Positions 54,765-54,876 of a stretch of DNA of 54,876 nt are shown here, one piece after another. The notes below the pieces were generated by a model that saw only the letters and a program-made list of their open reading frames with translations, did no database searches and was not told the origin of the DNA. Source of the DNA: Prorocentrum cordatum (lineage: Eukaryota); contig CAUYUJ010000206.1 of NCBI GenBank assembly GCA_963575745.1, positions 62,001 to 116,876 on the forward strand, given 5' to 3'. The position numbers and the translations under genes were made by a program. Each line of letters starts with the position of its first letter. Position 1 is the first letter of the stretch.

Positions 54765-54876
54765 TAGAGGAGGCCTCCAGGAAGGGAGCGGGACTCCTCT
54801 TGCACGGACAGCGGGAGCGCGGTCTCCTCCTCCTCCTCCTCCTCCTCCTCCTCCTCCTCCTCCTCCTCCTCCTCCT

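Overview
Eukaryotic, almost certainly dinoflagellate, nuclear DNA: a perfect 22-nt dinoflagellate spliced leader (TCCGTAGCCATTTTGGCTCAAG) sits at 1115-1136. Most of the window is microsatellite or low-complexity sequence ((CTA)n, (CCT)n, (GAC)n, (GT)n, (CAT)n), satellites and non-autonomous TIR elements, with two 100-N gaps, so almost all long ORFs in the track are repeat artefacts. Supportable coding content is: (1) an intronless SL-headed ORF at 1188-2024, a probable retrocopy, followed by a five-copy hairpin repeat array; (2) a minus-strand tyrosine-recombinase (DIRS-order) retrotransposon with RT-RNase H (22456-23624, cut by a gap), a YR (20645-21634, probably starting at 22270) and two identical 86-bp hairpin-forming repeats at its 3' end; (3) a short Cys/His-rich coding island at about 51460-51840. 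Reading element ends also shows a 5.0-kb TA-flanked CAGTG-type TIR element carrying about 25 copies of a 131-bp satellite, a stack of three TIR elements sharing TA junctions (about 47050-50410), a MITE family with 8-bp target duplications, and several long palindromes. No rRNA, tRNA or real CRISPR-Cas locus was recognised. All family assignments are from motif reading only; no searches were run.
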